Positions 48,549-58,497 of a stretch of 64,000 nt of DNA are shown here, piece by piece (position 1 is the first letter of the stretch; each line of letters opens with the position of its first letter). The translations under genes were made by a program, and so were the position numbers. The DNA lies in contig NZ_CP020921.1 in assembly GCF_003057965.1 (NCBI RefSeq), positions 208,100 through 272,099 of the forward strand. The letters run 5' to 3'. This DNA is from Thermodesulfobium acidiphilum (lineage in GTDB: Bacteria; Thermodesulfobiota; Thermodesulfobiia; Thermodesulfobiales; Thermodesulfobiaceae). The notes beneath the pieces were generated by a model. That model saw only the letters and a list, made by a program, of their open reading frames with translations, did no database searches and was not told where the DNA came from.

Positions 48549-51185
48549 TTGTTATTTGTTGAATATTTAAAAAAGTTTTTAAATTATTTGAAACATTTTT
48601 GGTCAGGGCTCAAACTTTACAAAAAGATGAGCCTTGTTTTTATTGTCTTGTCTCTAATTATAATTTCTTTGAACGTTATCTTTATGATCTATGAACAATC
48701 TAGAGATTATAGAGATTTTATGAACGTTAATTTCCAAAGCGCTTTAGAAATTGAGTCAAACTATATAAACTCAAAAATTTCAAACGATATACTCTTTCCA
48801 ATTATTAGCTTAAGTTCAAATTTAGGTAGAACTAACCTTAAAGTTGGGCATGAAGGCTTGCTAAAAGAATTTTTGCTAAGAAATCAAGCTTTTAACTCTG
48901 TATTAGTTGCTGATACAAATGGAAATATAATTAATGGTTTTGATAGAGAAAAAGGAGCAATTGTAGATCACGAAAACATTTCCCAAAGGTCATACTTTAA
49001 AAGTGCTTTAGAAAATAAGTCATTTGCTATGTTTGGGCCTATTCAACTTGATTCAAAGAATATGATTGTAGCACTTTACCCTATATTTACTCGCGAAAAT
49101 AACATTAATGGTTTTATAATTACATCAATATCTCTAAAGTGGTTTGACTATTTATCTGATGAGATTAATAAGGGGATAAATGCCCCCTTTAAATTTTTTA
49201 TTGTATCAGGGAAGATGAATTCAATAAGTTTGAGCCATCCAATAAAATTTAATTTTCCAATAGAAAATTTTTTTGACAAAAAATTTTTTAAAACTTATAT
49301 TGATGGTTCACAATTTACAATGTTTTCAAAAAATATTAATTACACGCCATTTTTTATTATTGGCGGGTATCCTGATTATGAGATAAATTTTAAAATTGGA
49401 AGGCTTATCTTAGGTTCATTGTTTCCCATGTTTGCCCTGCTTATTCTGGCAGGATATTTTGGTTTGGTTTTAGGCAAATATTTATCTCGTCCTTTAGAAA
49501 ATTTAGCTGATGAAGCTGAAAGAATTTCTAAGAATCCAATTTCTGGAGAGGCTTTTACGATCTTTGAGGGCAAGGATGAAATTGCAAGGCTTTCCTTTTC
49601 GCTTCAAGTGATGCTTGATGAATTTTACGCTGCTCAGCAACAGCTAAAGGCTGCTGAGGAAGAGAGTAAGTTTGTTGCACAAAACAACTCTGTTTTAATG
49701 AAGATAGCATCTTATATAAATAGTTTTGATTCAAAAGAAAGGATAATAGAAAAATCTTTGCAACAAATTAAAGATATAACTAATGCCAGAGTTATTATGC
49801 TTTATTTGCTGGATTCTTGTGGGCAAAGTTTAGTAATTGATAGCTTGGTAGGCGAAATTAGTGATGATCTTTATTTAAAACTTAATAAACTTGAAATATT
49901 AAACTTTTGGGTTGGTCAGGTATTTTTAGACAAAAAGGTTTCTGTAGTTTTTGATTTGAGGACTAATCCTATTCTGAAATATTCTAATGAGATATTAGAA
50001 AACGATTTTTACTCGATTATATGTTCTCCGTTAAATTCTAAAGAAATGCCTATTGGTGCAATTTTATTATTTTTTGACAAACCATATGTATTTCAGTCTG
50101 ATCAAAGAGAATTCCTGATAAGGGTCTCGGATATGCTTTCTCTGTATCTTTCTAGAATTGAAAGGGAAGAAATCTTAGAAGACTCTACTGAAATGAACTT
50201 TTACTTTAGAGATATTTCAATAAAGCTTTCTGGTATGGAAAATATTGACGATACTATTAATCTTGCTATTAACTTTTTGGTTGATAATTTAAGCTTTGTT
50301 TCAGATGCAAGGTGTGTCTATTTTAATGAGGAGACTAGTTATAGTGATATTTCTGAAACGTGTGTTTATTCTGTACCATTTAGTGATTTTAAGATTCTCC
50401 CGGTAAGAAAAGCAAATTGCCCAAATTTGCCCAGTGACGCTATAAGGATTGCTATTTTGCCGCTGAGATTGTACAACAAACCTTATGCCAATATCATTGT
50501 TTATATAAAAGCTTTTGACATGAGGGTAGTTCACTCTGAATTCTTTATGAACCTAAACGATATTTTGAATCAAAAAATTGGCATTACTTATTCTATCCAA
50601 CACTCAAAGGAACTTTATAAGGAGGCTCTCGAAAGTATTGCTCAGGCTTTAGATGCAAGGGACCCCTTTTCCGCAAAACATTCTAAAAGAGTTAGTACCT
50701 TTTCAGTAAGGTTCGGGAAATATTTGAAACTCGATAAAAAAGATATAGATGTTCTTGGGTTTGGTGCACTACTTCACGATATAGGTAAAGTAGGGATTCC
50801 AGATACTGTGCTCAAGAAGCCTGGGAAATTAACCCAAACAGAGTATATTTTAATGCAGTCTCATCCAATTGTCGGATATAATATATTAAAGTCTATAAAA
50901 GAAGAACTTATGCCAGGACTTTTGGAAATTATTCTATATCACCATGAAAGATATGATGGCAAAGGTTATCCTTATGGCTTAAGTAAAGACGAAATACCGT
51001 TTCTTGCAAGGTTAGTTTCTATTGCTGATTCTTTTGAGGCTATGATTTCTGACAGACCATATAGAAAAGGAATGACAAAGTTGGATGCTCTTGCAGAAAT
51101 AAGCAGGTGTTCTGGTACACAGTTCGATCCTTATCTTGCTCAGATGTTTGTCAGGGTGATTTCACAAACGGCCGATGAAGATTAA
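48549..51185 (+). CDS. Membrane sensor HD-GYP phosphodiesterase (TM-Cache-TM-HAMP-GAF-HD-GYP)
   Basis: Two TMs around a Cache-like region (RSYFK), HAMP (PLENL..DEI..L), GAF-like region, HS.RV, LHDIGK, HHERYDGKGYP. Confidence 0.85.
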   Translation: MLFVEYLKKFLNYLKHFWSGLKLYKKMSLVFIVLSLIIISLNVIFMIYEQSRDYRDFMNVNFQSALEIESNYINSKISNDILFPIISLSSNLGRTNLKVGHEGLLKEFLLRNQAFNSVLVADTNGNIINGFDREKGAIVDHENISQRSYFKSALENKSFAMFGPIQLDSKNMIVALYPIFTRENNINGFIITSISLKWFDYLSDEINKGINAPFKFFIVSGKMNSISLSHPIKFNFPIENFFDKKFFKTYIDGSQFTMFSKNINYTPFFIIGGYPDYEINFKIGRLILGSLFPMFALLILAGYFGLVLGKYLSRPLENLADEAERISKNPISGEAFTIFEGKDEIARLSFSLQVMLDEFYAAQQQLKAAEEESKFVAQNNSVLMKIASYINSFDSKERIIEKSLQQIKDITNARVIMLYLLDSCGQSLVIDSLVGEISDDLYLKLNKLEILNFWVGQVFLDKKVSVVFDLRTNPILKYSNEILENDFYSIICSPLNSKEMPIGAILLFFDKPYVFQSDQREFLIRVSDMLSLYLSRIEREEILEDSTEMNFYFRDISIKLSGMENIDDTINLAINFLVDNLSFVSDARCVYFNEETSYSDISETCVYSVPFSDFKILPVRKANCPNLPSDAIRIAILPLRLYNKPYANIIVYIKAFDMRVVHSEFFMNLNDILNQKIGITYSIQHSKELYKEALESIAQALDARDPFSAKHSKRVSTFSVRFGKYLKLDKKDIDVLGFGALLHDIGKVGIPDTVLKKPGKLTQTEYILMQSHPIVGYNILKSIKEELMPGLLEIILYHHERYDGKGYPYGLSKDEIPFLARLVSIADSFEAMISDRPYRKGMTKLDALAEISRCSGTQFDPYLAQMFVRVISQTADED

Positions 51186-51208
51186 ATTCAAATTTTAAGG
51201 AGGATAAG

Positions 51209-51652
51209 GTGGTAGCGTTGTTTTTTAGATTGTTGAAAAAAAATGCTTTTCTATTATCGGTGTTCTTGTTGTTTTTATGCTTGGCGCCTCTTCCAGTAAA
51301 TGCATATGCTTTTCAAGTAGTTGATCAGGGGATATCCAAGATGGCTCCAAACAATCAGGATCCAGATAGTTTTGAAAAATTAACTGTTTTCCCGCAAGAC
51401 TGGCCTATTTTATATTATTGGGTAAAGTATGTGGATGCATCCCCCAATGATAAGTTGGTAGCAAGATTTCAATATATAGATCAGGAGCCCACTACCTTTT
51501 CTGAGATCTCAGAGGTTGTAGAAAAACCCGACGAATTATGGATTACACACGTAGCCCTCAATCCAGGTAAAAGTTGGCCTGTAGGAAAGTATAAAGTTGT
51601 ACTTTTATTGAACGGCAAAGAAGTATCAACGCTTGAATTTGAGGTGAAATAG
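51209..51652 (+). CDS. Exported hypothetical protein (Ig-like)
   Basis: Signal peptide-like N-terminus (VNAYA), beta-rich, WPVGKYKV; SD AAGGAGG. Confidence 0.65.
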   Translation: MVALFFRLLKKNAFLLSVFLLFLCLAPLPVNAYAFQVVDQGISKMAPNNQDPDSFEKLTVFPQDWPILYYWVKYVDASPNDKLVARFQYIDQEPTTFSEISEVVEKPDELWITHVALNPGKSWPVGKYKVVLLLNGKEVSTLEFEVK

Positions 51653-52699
51653 TTGGTTGGAATAACTGCCTTTCCCTTTTCAGGAAAAACTACAGTTATT
51701 AATCTTTTGCTAAAAAGAAGCAGTTTTCAAAAATCAGATAACGAGGGAAGGATATCTGTTCCTGATGAGAGACTTGAAACTTTGGCCAGGATTTTTGAAC
51801 CGCTTAAAAAAACTCCAGCATTTATCCCCATAAAAGAGCTAAGTGCTTTTGACTTGAGAAAAAGGATAGAGCCTTCGCTAATAAACGAGATGAAAAATGC
51901 TGAAGTTATATCATTTGTGGCCAGGTCTTTTGATATTTCGTTGTATCCATATATATATCCAGAAATTGATCCGAAGCGCGACATAAGAAAATTTTTGGAT
52001 GAACTTATAATTGAAGACATTGCTGTAGTAGAGAAAAGGATAAAAACATCTTCAAAAGGTATTAAAAAAAATAGTCAGGAAGAAAAAGAAATAGAAATTT
52101 TAAAGAAAGCCCTTCCAATATTGGAAGAAGGAAGGTTGTTTAGAGAGGTAGAACTTTCAAGCGATGAAATAAAACATTTAAAACATTATTCGTTTTTGAC
52201 CCTTAAGCCGTTTCTTTTGCTACTTAATATTGGCGAATCTGATCTTGTCAATACCGGAAAAATTGAAGAAGAATTTACCAGGTTTCTTGGGAGAAGCGCT
52301 AAAGTTCTTGCACTTTCAGCAAAGTTGGAAGAAGAGTTATCAATGCTTGAACCTGAAGAGGCAAAAGAAATGCTCTTAAGTTTTGGTCTAAAGAGTTTTG
52401 GCCTGGAAAGATTTATTCAAGCGTGTTACGACTTGTTGGGATATATGACATTTTTTACAGTTGGTAAGGACGAAGTTAGGGCCTGGCAGGTAAGAAAAGG
52501 TGCAAGCGCTTTAGAGGCTGCAGCAAGGATCCACTCAGATATTGCAAGAGGATTTATTCGTGCAGAAGTTATTTCATATGAGGATTTTATTAGTTGTGGA
52601 GCAATGAATGAGGCGAAAAAAAGAGGGCTCCTAAGGTTAGAGGGTAAGGAGTATTTGGTGAAGGATGGCGACATCCTCCATGTTAGATTTAATATCTAA
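51653..52699 (+). CDS. YchF-like protein with degenerate NTPase motifs
   Basis: VPDERL, C-terminal TFFTVGKDEVRAW, IHSDIARGFIRAE, RLEGKEY.VKDGD. Confidence 0.85.
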   Translation: MVGITAFPFSGKTTVINLLLKRSSFQKSDNEGRISVPDERLETLARIFEPLKKTPAFIPIKELSAFDLRKRIEPSLINEMKNAEVISFVARSFDISLYPYIYPEIDPKRDIRKFLDELIIEDIAVVEKRIKTSSKGIKKNSQEEKEIEILKKALPILEEGRLFREVELSSDEIKHLKHYSFLTLKPFLLLLNIGESDLVNTGKIEEEFTRFLGRSAKVLALSAKLEEELSMLEPEEAKEMLLSFGLKSFGLERFIQACYDLLGYMTFFTVGKDEVRAWQVRKGASALEAAARIHSDIARGFIRAEVISYEDFISCGAMNEAKKRGLLRLEGKEYLVKDGDILHVRFNI

Positions 52700-52705
52700 C
52701 CAGGA

Positions 52706-53461
52706 TTGATAAAGATCGTGTATCTTGACTATAAGAGAAAATTTTATGTTGAAAACCTACACGGCGATCTGAAACCTACTTTTGTTGATGTTGAAGAGTC
52801 AAAAATCCTGATCCTTTCTAGGGATATAGTGCTAGAAGCAAAGGACATTGTATGTAGTCTCAGAAAGGATATTGTTGAACACATTGAAAGGGAGCGTTTT
52901 TTTAAAAACTCTCTAATTCCGTTGCAGAATATTTTAGGAGAGCCATATATTGTAAGTATTATGAAAAATTATTCAAAAATTATGAACGTTGGGCCTATGG
53001 CATGCGTGGCGGGTGCTATAGCTCAAATTCTTGGTGAAAAACTTTTTAAGGGAGAAGATTTAATAATAGAAAATGGTGGGGACATTTTTATCTATAAAAA
53101 AGGTTTAATAAATATAAAAGTTTATACAAACGATGAGGTCTTTAAGGACAAAATTGTTATAAGTGTTGAAGGGGGGGAAGATTTTAAACCTTTGGGGGTT
53201 GCTACGTCATCTGCAACTATCGGTCCCTCTCTTTCTTTTGGCAAAACTTGTGCTACCGTAGTAGTGAGCAACAACTGTGCCCTGTCCGATGCTGCTGCTA
53301 CAAGAATAGCAAACGATATTAAAACTTCTCAAGATCTTAAGAGAGTTTTGGACAAGTACAAAAAGATGATATATGATTGTAATATACCAATTCTGGGTGT
53401 TGTTTGTGTAATTGATTCAAGTATGGCCCTATTTGGGAAGATAAAGGTTGATTTCGTATAA
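52706..53461 (+). CDS. UPF0280/COG2122 ApbE-like protein
   Basis: VGPMACVAGAIA, IENGGDI, TSSATIGPSLSFG, DAAAT. Confidence 0.87.
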   Translation: MIKIVYLDYKRKFYVENLHGDLKPTFVDVEESKILILSRDIVLEAKDIVCSLRKDIVEHIERERFFKNSLIPLQNILGEPYIVSIMKNYSKIMNVGPMACVAGAIAQILGEKLFKGEDLIIENGGDIFIYKKGLINIKVYTNDEVFKDKIVISVEGGEDFKPLGVATSSATIGPSLSFGKTCATVVVSNNCALSDAAATRIANDIKTSQDLKRVLDKYKKMIYDCNIPILGVVCVIDSSMALFGKIKVDFV

Positions 53462-53525
53462 ATGTGTCATTGTTTTTGCTGTTTTCTCTATATTGATAAC
53501 TGTGTTATAATATGTTTTGCTTTTG

Positions 53526-53620
<95 letters not shown>

Positions 53621-53625
53621 TTTTA

Positions 53626-53664
53626 TCCCTGCCCTTAAAAAAGGGCAAAACCCATAGGGAGGTG
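53626..53664 (+). promoter_or_regulatory. S6:S18 ribosomal protein leader RNA
   Basis: TCCCT/AGGGA stem sequestering the SD, inner hairpin GCCCTT-AAAA-AAGGGC, internal loop with CCC; directly upstream of rpsF. Confidence 0.8.
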
Positions 53665-53669
53665 TATTG

Positions 53670-54050
53670 TTGGCAAATTCAAAGCTTTATGAACTGGTAA
53701 TTTTGTTTAATCCCAATGCAGAAGAGGAAAAGATTGATGCGTTGATGAAACGTATTCACGATCTGATCTCAAAAAGTTCTGGAGAACTCTTGAAAAGCGA
53801 TAATTGGGGGAAAAAAAGATTGGCTTACACCATCGATGACTTGCGTGAAGCCATTTATATCTATGATGAGTTCAGGCTTCCAACGTCTGTGGTGGCTGAG
53901 GTTGACAGAATTTTGAAGATTAGCGAGATTGTTATCCGTCACATGATTGTTAAGAAACCAGACGTCCTTCAAAAAGCTGCTTTAAATGCTGAAAAGGAGG
54001 ATAATCAGTCAAAAGAGGGAGAGACTGATTCTAATGAGCAGGTTCAATAA
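53670..54050 (+). CDS. rpsF: 30S ribosomal protein S6
   Basis: YELVIL.NP, WGKKRLAY.I, VIRHMIV; TTG at 53667 or 53670. Confidence 0.95.
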   Translation: MANSKLYELVILFNPNAEEEKIDALMKRIHDLISKSSGELLKSDNWGKKRLAYTIDDLREAIYIYDEFRLPTSVVAEVDRILKISEIVIRHMIVKKPDVLQKAALNAEKEDNQSKEGETDSNEQVQ

Positions 54051-54459
54051 GGTTATTTTGGTAGGTAGACTGGTTAAGGATCCGGAGCTTAGATACACAG
54101 CTGAGGGTGTTCCAGTGGCAAGTTTGACTATTGCTGTTAATAGAATTAACAGGAAAAACTCTACCGATCAAACAAATGCAGATTTTTTTAATATTGTTGC
54201 CTGGCGCGCTACAGCAGAGTTTGCTAGTAACTTTATGAGGAAAGGGATTCTCTTTCTTGTAGAGGGCAGATTGCAAAATAGAAGTTATGAAACAAAAGAG
54301 GGTTCAAAAAGAACGGTAACTGAAATTGTAGCAGACAGCATACAGCTTTTGAGTCCAAAACAAGAAAGCGCTCAGAAATCTGAGACAGGAGAAGATGTTG
54401 CAGAGTTAGATGACTTTATTTTTGATGATGATTTTTCGAAAGGAGATTCTCCATTCTAA
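54034..54459 (+). CDS. ssb: Single-stranded DNA-binding protein
   Basis: NKVILVGRL.KDPELRYT, VEGRLQ.RSY, acidic tail ending DSPF; ATG at 54034 (ORF track 53986). Confidence 0.95.
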   Translation: MSRFNKVILVGRLVKDPELRYTAEGVPVASLTIAVNRINRKNSTDQTNADFFNIVAWRATAEFASNFMRKGILFLVEGRLQNRSYETKEGSKRTVTEIVADSIQLLSPKQESAQKSETGEDVAELDDFIFDDDFSKGDSPF

Positions 54460-54538
54460 TGTTTAAACTGTTGGTTTATTCTAAAATCTCTTAAAGAATG
54501 CAAGATAGTTATTTTTTAAATTTTAAGGAGGGTTTTGG

Positions 54539-54772
54539 TTGGCTTTACAAAATACAAGAAAAAGGGTTAGACGAAAGGCTTGTTCTTTTTGTGCTGAGAA
54601 GGTGAAATATATTGATTATAAAGATGTTAATCGTTTAAAGAAATATTTAAGCGACAGAGGCAAGATTTTGCCAAAAAGGGCTACAGGAGTTTGTGCTAAG
54701 CACCAAAGGCAGCTTACAACTGCGATTAAGAGGGCAAGAATGATAGCTCTTTTACCATTTACTGTTGATTAG
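54539..54772 (+). CDS. rpsR: 30S ribosomal protein S18 (Zn-binding C+ form)
   Basis: CSFC, IDYKD, RGKILP, CAKHQR, AIKRAR..ALLP. Confidence 0.97.
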   Translation: MALQNTRKRVRRKACSFCAEKVKYIDYKDVNRLKKYLSDRGKILPKRATGVCAKHQRQLTTAIKRARMIALLPFTVD

Positions 54773-54782
54773 AAAATAATTA

Positions 54783-54848
54783 TGGGTAGTTAGCTATGAG
54801 TTTTTAGTACTTGATTGCCAGGATCTAAAACCGTTTGCTAACTACTCA
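54783..54848 (+). other. Long imperfect RNA hairpin between rpsR and yybS
   Basis: TGGGTAGTTAGC (54783-54794) pairs with GCTAACTACTCA (54837-54848); inner TTTTAG/CTAAAA. Confidence 0.65.
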
Positions 54849-54866
54849 CTTGTTTAAGGAGGTTAT

Positions 54867-55796
54867 TTGCTTAAAAAAAACTTTGATGCCATTGAGGTTT
54901 TCTTAGCTTCAGCCTTGGTGGTTTTTTTTGTTTTGTTTGGTGTTTACGTTCCAACTTTTGGTTTTTTGGGGCTTCTTTTAATGGCTGTTCCTATATGTAT
55001 AGTTACTTATAGGAGAGGTATTTTTTATGGCGTTTTAACTCTTCTTTTGTCAGGTATTATCCTTGCTATTCTTTTGCCATATATCATTTCTGTAATATTT
55101 TGTACAATTAACTTTTCTCTTGGCATTGTTATGGGACTAATTTTAAGGAAAGAAAAGCCAATAAACGTACTACTTGGGACAACTGCAGCACTGTCTGGAT
55201 TATTTGCTTTAGGTGTAGCATTCTTTATTCTAACTGGTCCAAAGGATCTTCTAAGCAATCTTTATGCAGCTTTTGAATCGTATATGATATCTTATTATCA
55301 AGGTTCTTCAGGGGTTGCGACTGAAGAAGTAAAGCAATTTGTAAAGTATATTGAAATCTATCTTCCTTCTTTAGTAATACTTTTATTCTTCATCTGGTCA
55401 GTATTTCAATACAGGATTGTTTCGTATGTCTTAAGATACCTATACAAGGTTGAAGTTCCACAGTTTGGCGATTTTAAAGAGGTTCGAATTCCGTACGAAT
55501 TAAGTTTTCTTTTTTTAGCTTCATTGATAGCTAGTTTTTTGCCTATTTCAAATGAAATTAAGAATGCTTTTTTAAACGTTGAGCTAATACTTACTTTTAT
55601 ATATATGTTTGCTGGCGCATCTGTGCTTTTCTTTATTCTGTCTAAAAAATTATTTTTTAAGAATGACACCATAACTAAAATTATAAATTTGATTGTAGTA
55701 CTACTTTTTGTAATAGTGCCGTTTTTAAGCTTTTTTTTGGTTTTTTTGGGGGTGTTTGATTCTGTATTTAATATTAGAAAGTACTTTAAACTTTAG
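54867..55796 (+). CDS. DUF2232/YybS family membrane protein
   Basis: Highly hydrophobic, ends LGVFDSVFNIRK; conserved position between rpsR and rplI. Confidence 0.82.
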   Translation: MLKKNFDAIEVFLASALVVFFVLFGVYVPTFGFLGLLLMAVPICIVTYRRGIFYGVLTLLLSGIILAILLPYIISVIFCTINFSLGIVMGLILRKEKPINVLLGTTAALSGLFALGVAFFILTGPKDLLSNLYAAFESYMISYYQGSSGVATEEVKQFVKYIEIYLPSLVILLFFIWSVFQYRIVSYVLRYLYKVEVPQFGDFKEVRIPYELSFLFLASLIASFLPISNEIKNAFLNVELILTFIYMFAGASVLFFILSKKLFFKNDTITKIINLIVVLLFVIVPFLSFFLVFLGVFDSVFNIRKYFKL

Positions 55797-55841
55797 ATTT
55801 GGACAGATTTTTTAAAATTTTGTTAGGAAGGAGTGATATAT

Positions 55842-56300
55842 ATGGATAAGATTAAGGTTCTTTTAATTCAGGATATAAAATCCCTTGGCAAGGCAGGGGA
55901 TATAGTTGAGGTATCTCAAGGGTATGCAAGAAACTATTTATTTTTGAAAAATCTTGCGAAAGAAGCTACAAAACCAATTATCGAAGAGTATGAGAAAAGA
56001 AAAATAGCTAACAAAAAGAAAGAGGACAAAAAATTGGCAGAAGCCAAAAATATATCACAAAAGCTTTCCTCAACAAATATAGTAATAAAAGCGAGGATGG
56101 GAGAAAATAATAAATTTTATGGAGCAATAACTTCCAAAGATATATCAAACAAACTAAAGGAAATGGGATTTGATTTCGATCCAAAACAAATAACCTTTGA
56201 AGGGGCGAAGGTTCCTGGTGAGTATGAGGCAAAGATAAGAGTTTATCCAGGAGTATTTTCTGTCATAAAGTTAACAGTCGAAGGCGTTTTAGATTTATAA
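55842..56300 (+). CDS. rplI: 50S ribosomal protein L9
   Basis: KVLL.QDI..LGKAGD.VEV..GYARNYL, KFYGAIT; ATG at 55842 after AAGGAG. Confidence 0.96.
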   Translation: MDKIKVLLIQDIKSLGKAGDIVEVSQGYARNYLFLKNLAKEATKPIIEEYEKRKIANKKKEDKKLAEAKNISQKLSSTNIVIKARMGENNKFYGAITSKDISNKLKEMGFDFDPKQITFEGAKVPGEYEAKIRVYPGVFSVIKLTVEGVLDL

Positions 56301-56335
56301 TTCTTTAATTTTAAAAACAAGCGATCGGGTTAAAT

Positions 56336-58018
56336 ATGACTGATTTTGATTATGTTAAAAAACAAATTTCTATTACCGACGTTATCGGACACTACGTTCA
56401 TCTAAAACAAAGAGGCAACAGTTTAGTTGGACTTTGTCCTTTTCACAATGAGAAAACTCCATCCTTTTATGTTAGCCCAGAAAAAGGGCTTTTTTACTGT
56501 TTTGGGTGTAAAGTTGGCGGAGACGTTTTTACTTTTCTAATGAAATTGGAAAACCTTACCTTTGTTGAAGCATTTAAGAAAGCAGCTTCAATTTGTGGGG
56601 TTGAAGTCTCATCCGAATTTGAAAATTCTTCAAAGGATCAGGTTTTAAGGGTTTTAAAAGAGGCAGGCGCATTTTTTACAGAAAATTTGTGGAAAGAATC
56701 AGGAAAAGATGCTTTAGAATATATGCGTTCAAGAGGCTTTTCTGATGATTTTTTAAAAGAATATGAAGTTGGCTTTGTTCCAGAAGACGCAAGTGAATTA
56801 GTTGAAAGGCTAAAAAGACTTTCCTTTTCTGAGGATATAATTTATAAATCTGCAATCTTTTTAAACTTTAAAGAAGGCATTTTAAGGCTTTCTGGAAGAG
56901 TTTCATTTCCTATAAAAAATGTAGAGAATGAAATAGTTGCATTTGGCGCAAGACTTATTAAAAACGAACCTGATTCTCCAAAATACTTAAATTATCCTGA
57001 TACGCTTGTTTTTAGGAAAAAGAATGCACTTTTCTTAATTGATAAAGCATTTGAACACATAAAGAGTTTAAGGAAAGTTATTCTTGTAGAAGGCTATTTA
57101 GATGCCTTGATGATGCACCAGAAAGGCTTTAAAAATACAGTTGCATCTTTAGGCACAACCCTTAATCCATCTAGTTTCAAGAGAATTGATAAACTTGTAG
57201 ATAGATTGATAATTATGTACGATTCTGATGATGCTGGGAAAATTGCTACCAACAGACTCTTAAATATGACAGATCAGTTTACCTGTAATCTGTCTGTTGC
57301 AAGTCTGCCAGAAGGGCTTGATCCCCACGACGTTTTAACAAAATATGGCAAAGGTGCAATGGAAAGAATAGTGCAAAATTATATTAGCGGAGTTGATTTT
57401 AGAATTAATCTTATATTTTCTAATCCTTCTAACACAATAGAATCAAAAAGACAAAAGTATAGATTAGCCATTAGGGAACTGCAAAATCTTGGAGCAGAAG
57501 AGATTGAAGAATTTGTAAAAAAAGTTAGTGAAAAGTTGCACGTTCCTGAATCAAGAATTTTGTCTGACTCAGAGAGAATGTCTAGAAAAAAGATATCAGG
57601 AGAAAAGATTTTTTATAATTTGGTTAACTATTTTGATAGACATATTTTGAGAACTATTATTGAGAGGCCTGATTTTTATTTTTTGCTTAAGTCTTTTGAT
57701 TATTCTATGCTCTTTAACGATGAAGAGTATTTACAAGCTGCAGAAGAGATTTTTAATATGGATAGCTTTGATATTGACGATAATATTCTTGACCTGTCAG
57801 ATAAAACGAAGGCAAAAATAAGTCAGATTATACTTGAAGATGTGCCAATTATTCCAGATGATCAATGGGAGGAGATATTACAACTGGCGTGGACAAGAAA
57901 AAATATGTTTCTGTTGAAAGAGAACCTGTCCAAAGATAAGGATGCTATGATTGAATTTTTAGAGTTAGCAAAAAAAGAAAAGGAGCTGTCTTCAAAAATT
58001 GCAAGAATTAACGGTTGA
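56336..58018 (+). CDS. dnaG: DNA primase
   Basis: CPFHNEKTPSF..CFGC Zn domain, PKYLN, VEGYLD, SLGT, YDSDDAG. Confidence 0.96.
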   Translation: MTDFDYVKKQISITDVIGHYVHLKQRGNSLVGLCPFHNEKTPSFYVSPEKGLFYCFGCKVGGDVFTFLMKLENLTFVEAFKKAASICGVEVSSEFENSSKDQVLRVLKEAGAFFTENLWKESGKDALEYMRSRGFSDDFLKEYEVGFVPEDASELVERLKRLSFSEDIIYKSAIFLNFKEGILRLSGRVSFPIKNVENEIVAFGARLIKNEPDSPKYLNYPDTLVFRKKNALFLIDKAFEHIKSLRKVILVEGYLDALMMHQKGFKNTVASLGTTLNPSSFKRIDKLVDRLIIMYDSDDAGKIATNRLLNMTDQFTCNLSVASLPEGLDPHDVLTKYGKGAMERIVQNYISGVDFRINLIFSNPSNTIESKRQKYRLAIRELQNLGAEEIEEFVKKVSEKLHVPESRILSDSERMSRKKISGEKIFYNLVNYFDRHILRTIIERPDFYFLLKSFDYSMLFNDEEYLQAAEEIFNMDSFDIDDNILDLSDKTKAKISQIILEDVPIIPDDQWEEILQLAWTRKNMFLLKENLSKDKDAMIEFLELAKKEKELSSKIARING

Positions 58019-58045
58019 TATCTTAAATACGTTAAGATTAGTTTT

Positions 58046-58492
58046 ATGCTAAAGTTTGAAGGTGAAACCTTTAAAGTGTTAATTAAGGATGAAAAGGAGA
58101 TGATTAAGTTTGGTTCTAAGGTTGGATCTTGCCTTGAGAAAGGAGATGTCTTGCTTTTGGAAGGAAAGCTTGGTTCTGGCAAGACTACCTTTGTGCGAGG
58201 GATAATAAAAGATGCCTTTAGTCCAAGTTTTACTCTCTTAAACAAGTATAACTTTAAAGATACTCAAATTTATCATTTTGATTTTTACAGGTTAGAAAAA
58301 CCTGATTATGACCTTTTTATAGAACTTGAAGAGGTTGAAGATGCAGTGGTGATCGTTGAATGGCCAAAATTTGACATACCAATATTCGAAAAGTCTACTA
58401 TTTTAAAGTTTATTATATTTGAGGATCATAGAGAAGTTATAATCTGTGGTGAAAAGGCACGTGAATTTTACCAAAGCTATTCTAAAAAGTAA
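58046..58492 (+). CDS. tsaE: t6A biosynthesis ATPase TsaE
   Basis: GKLGSGKTT, SPSFTL, HFDFYRL, VEW. Confidence 0.93.
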   Translation: MLKFEGETFKVLIKDEKEMIKFGSKVGSCLEKGDVLLLEGKLGSGKTTFVRGIIKDAFSPSFTLLNKYNFKDTQIYHFDFYRLEKPDYDLFIELEEVEDAVVIVEWPKFDIPIFEKSTILKFIIFEDHREVIICGEKAREFYQSYSKK

Positions 58493-58497
58493 TTTTA

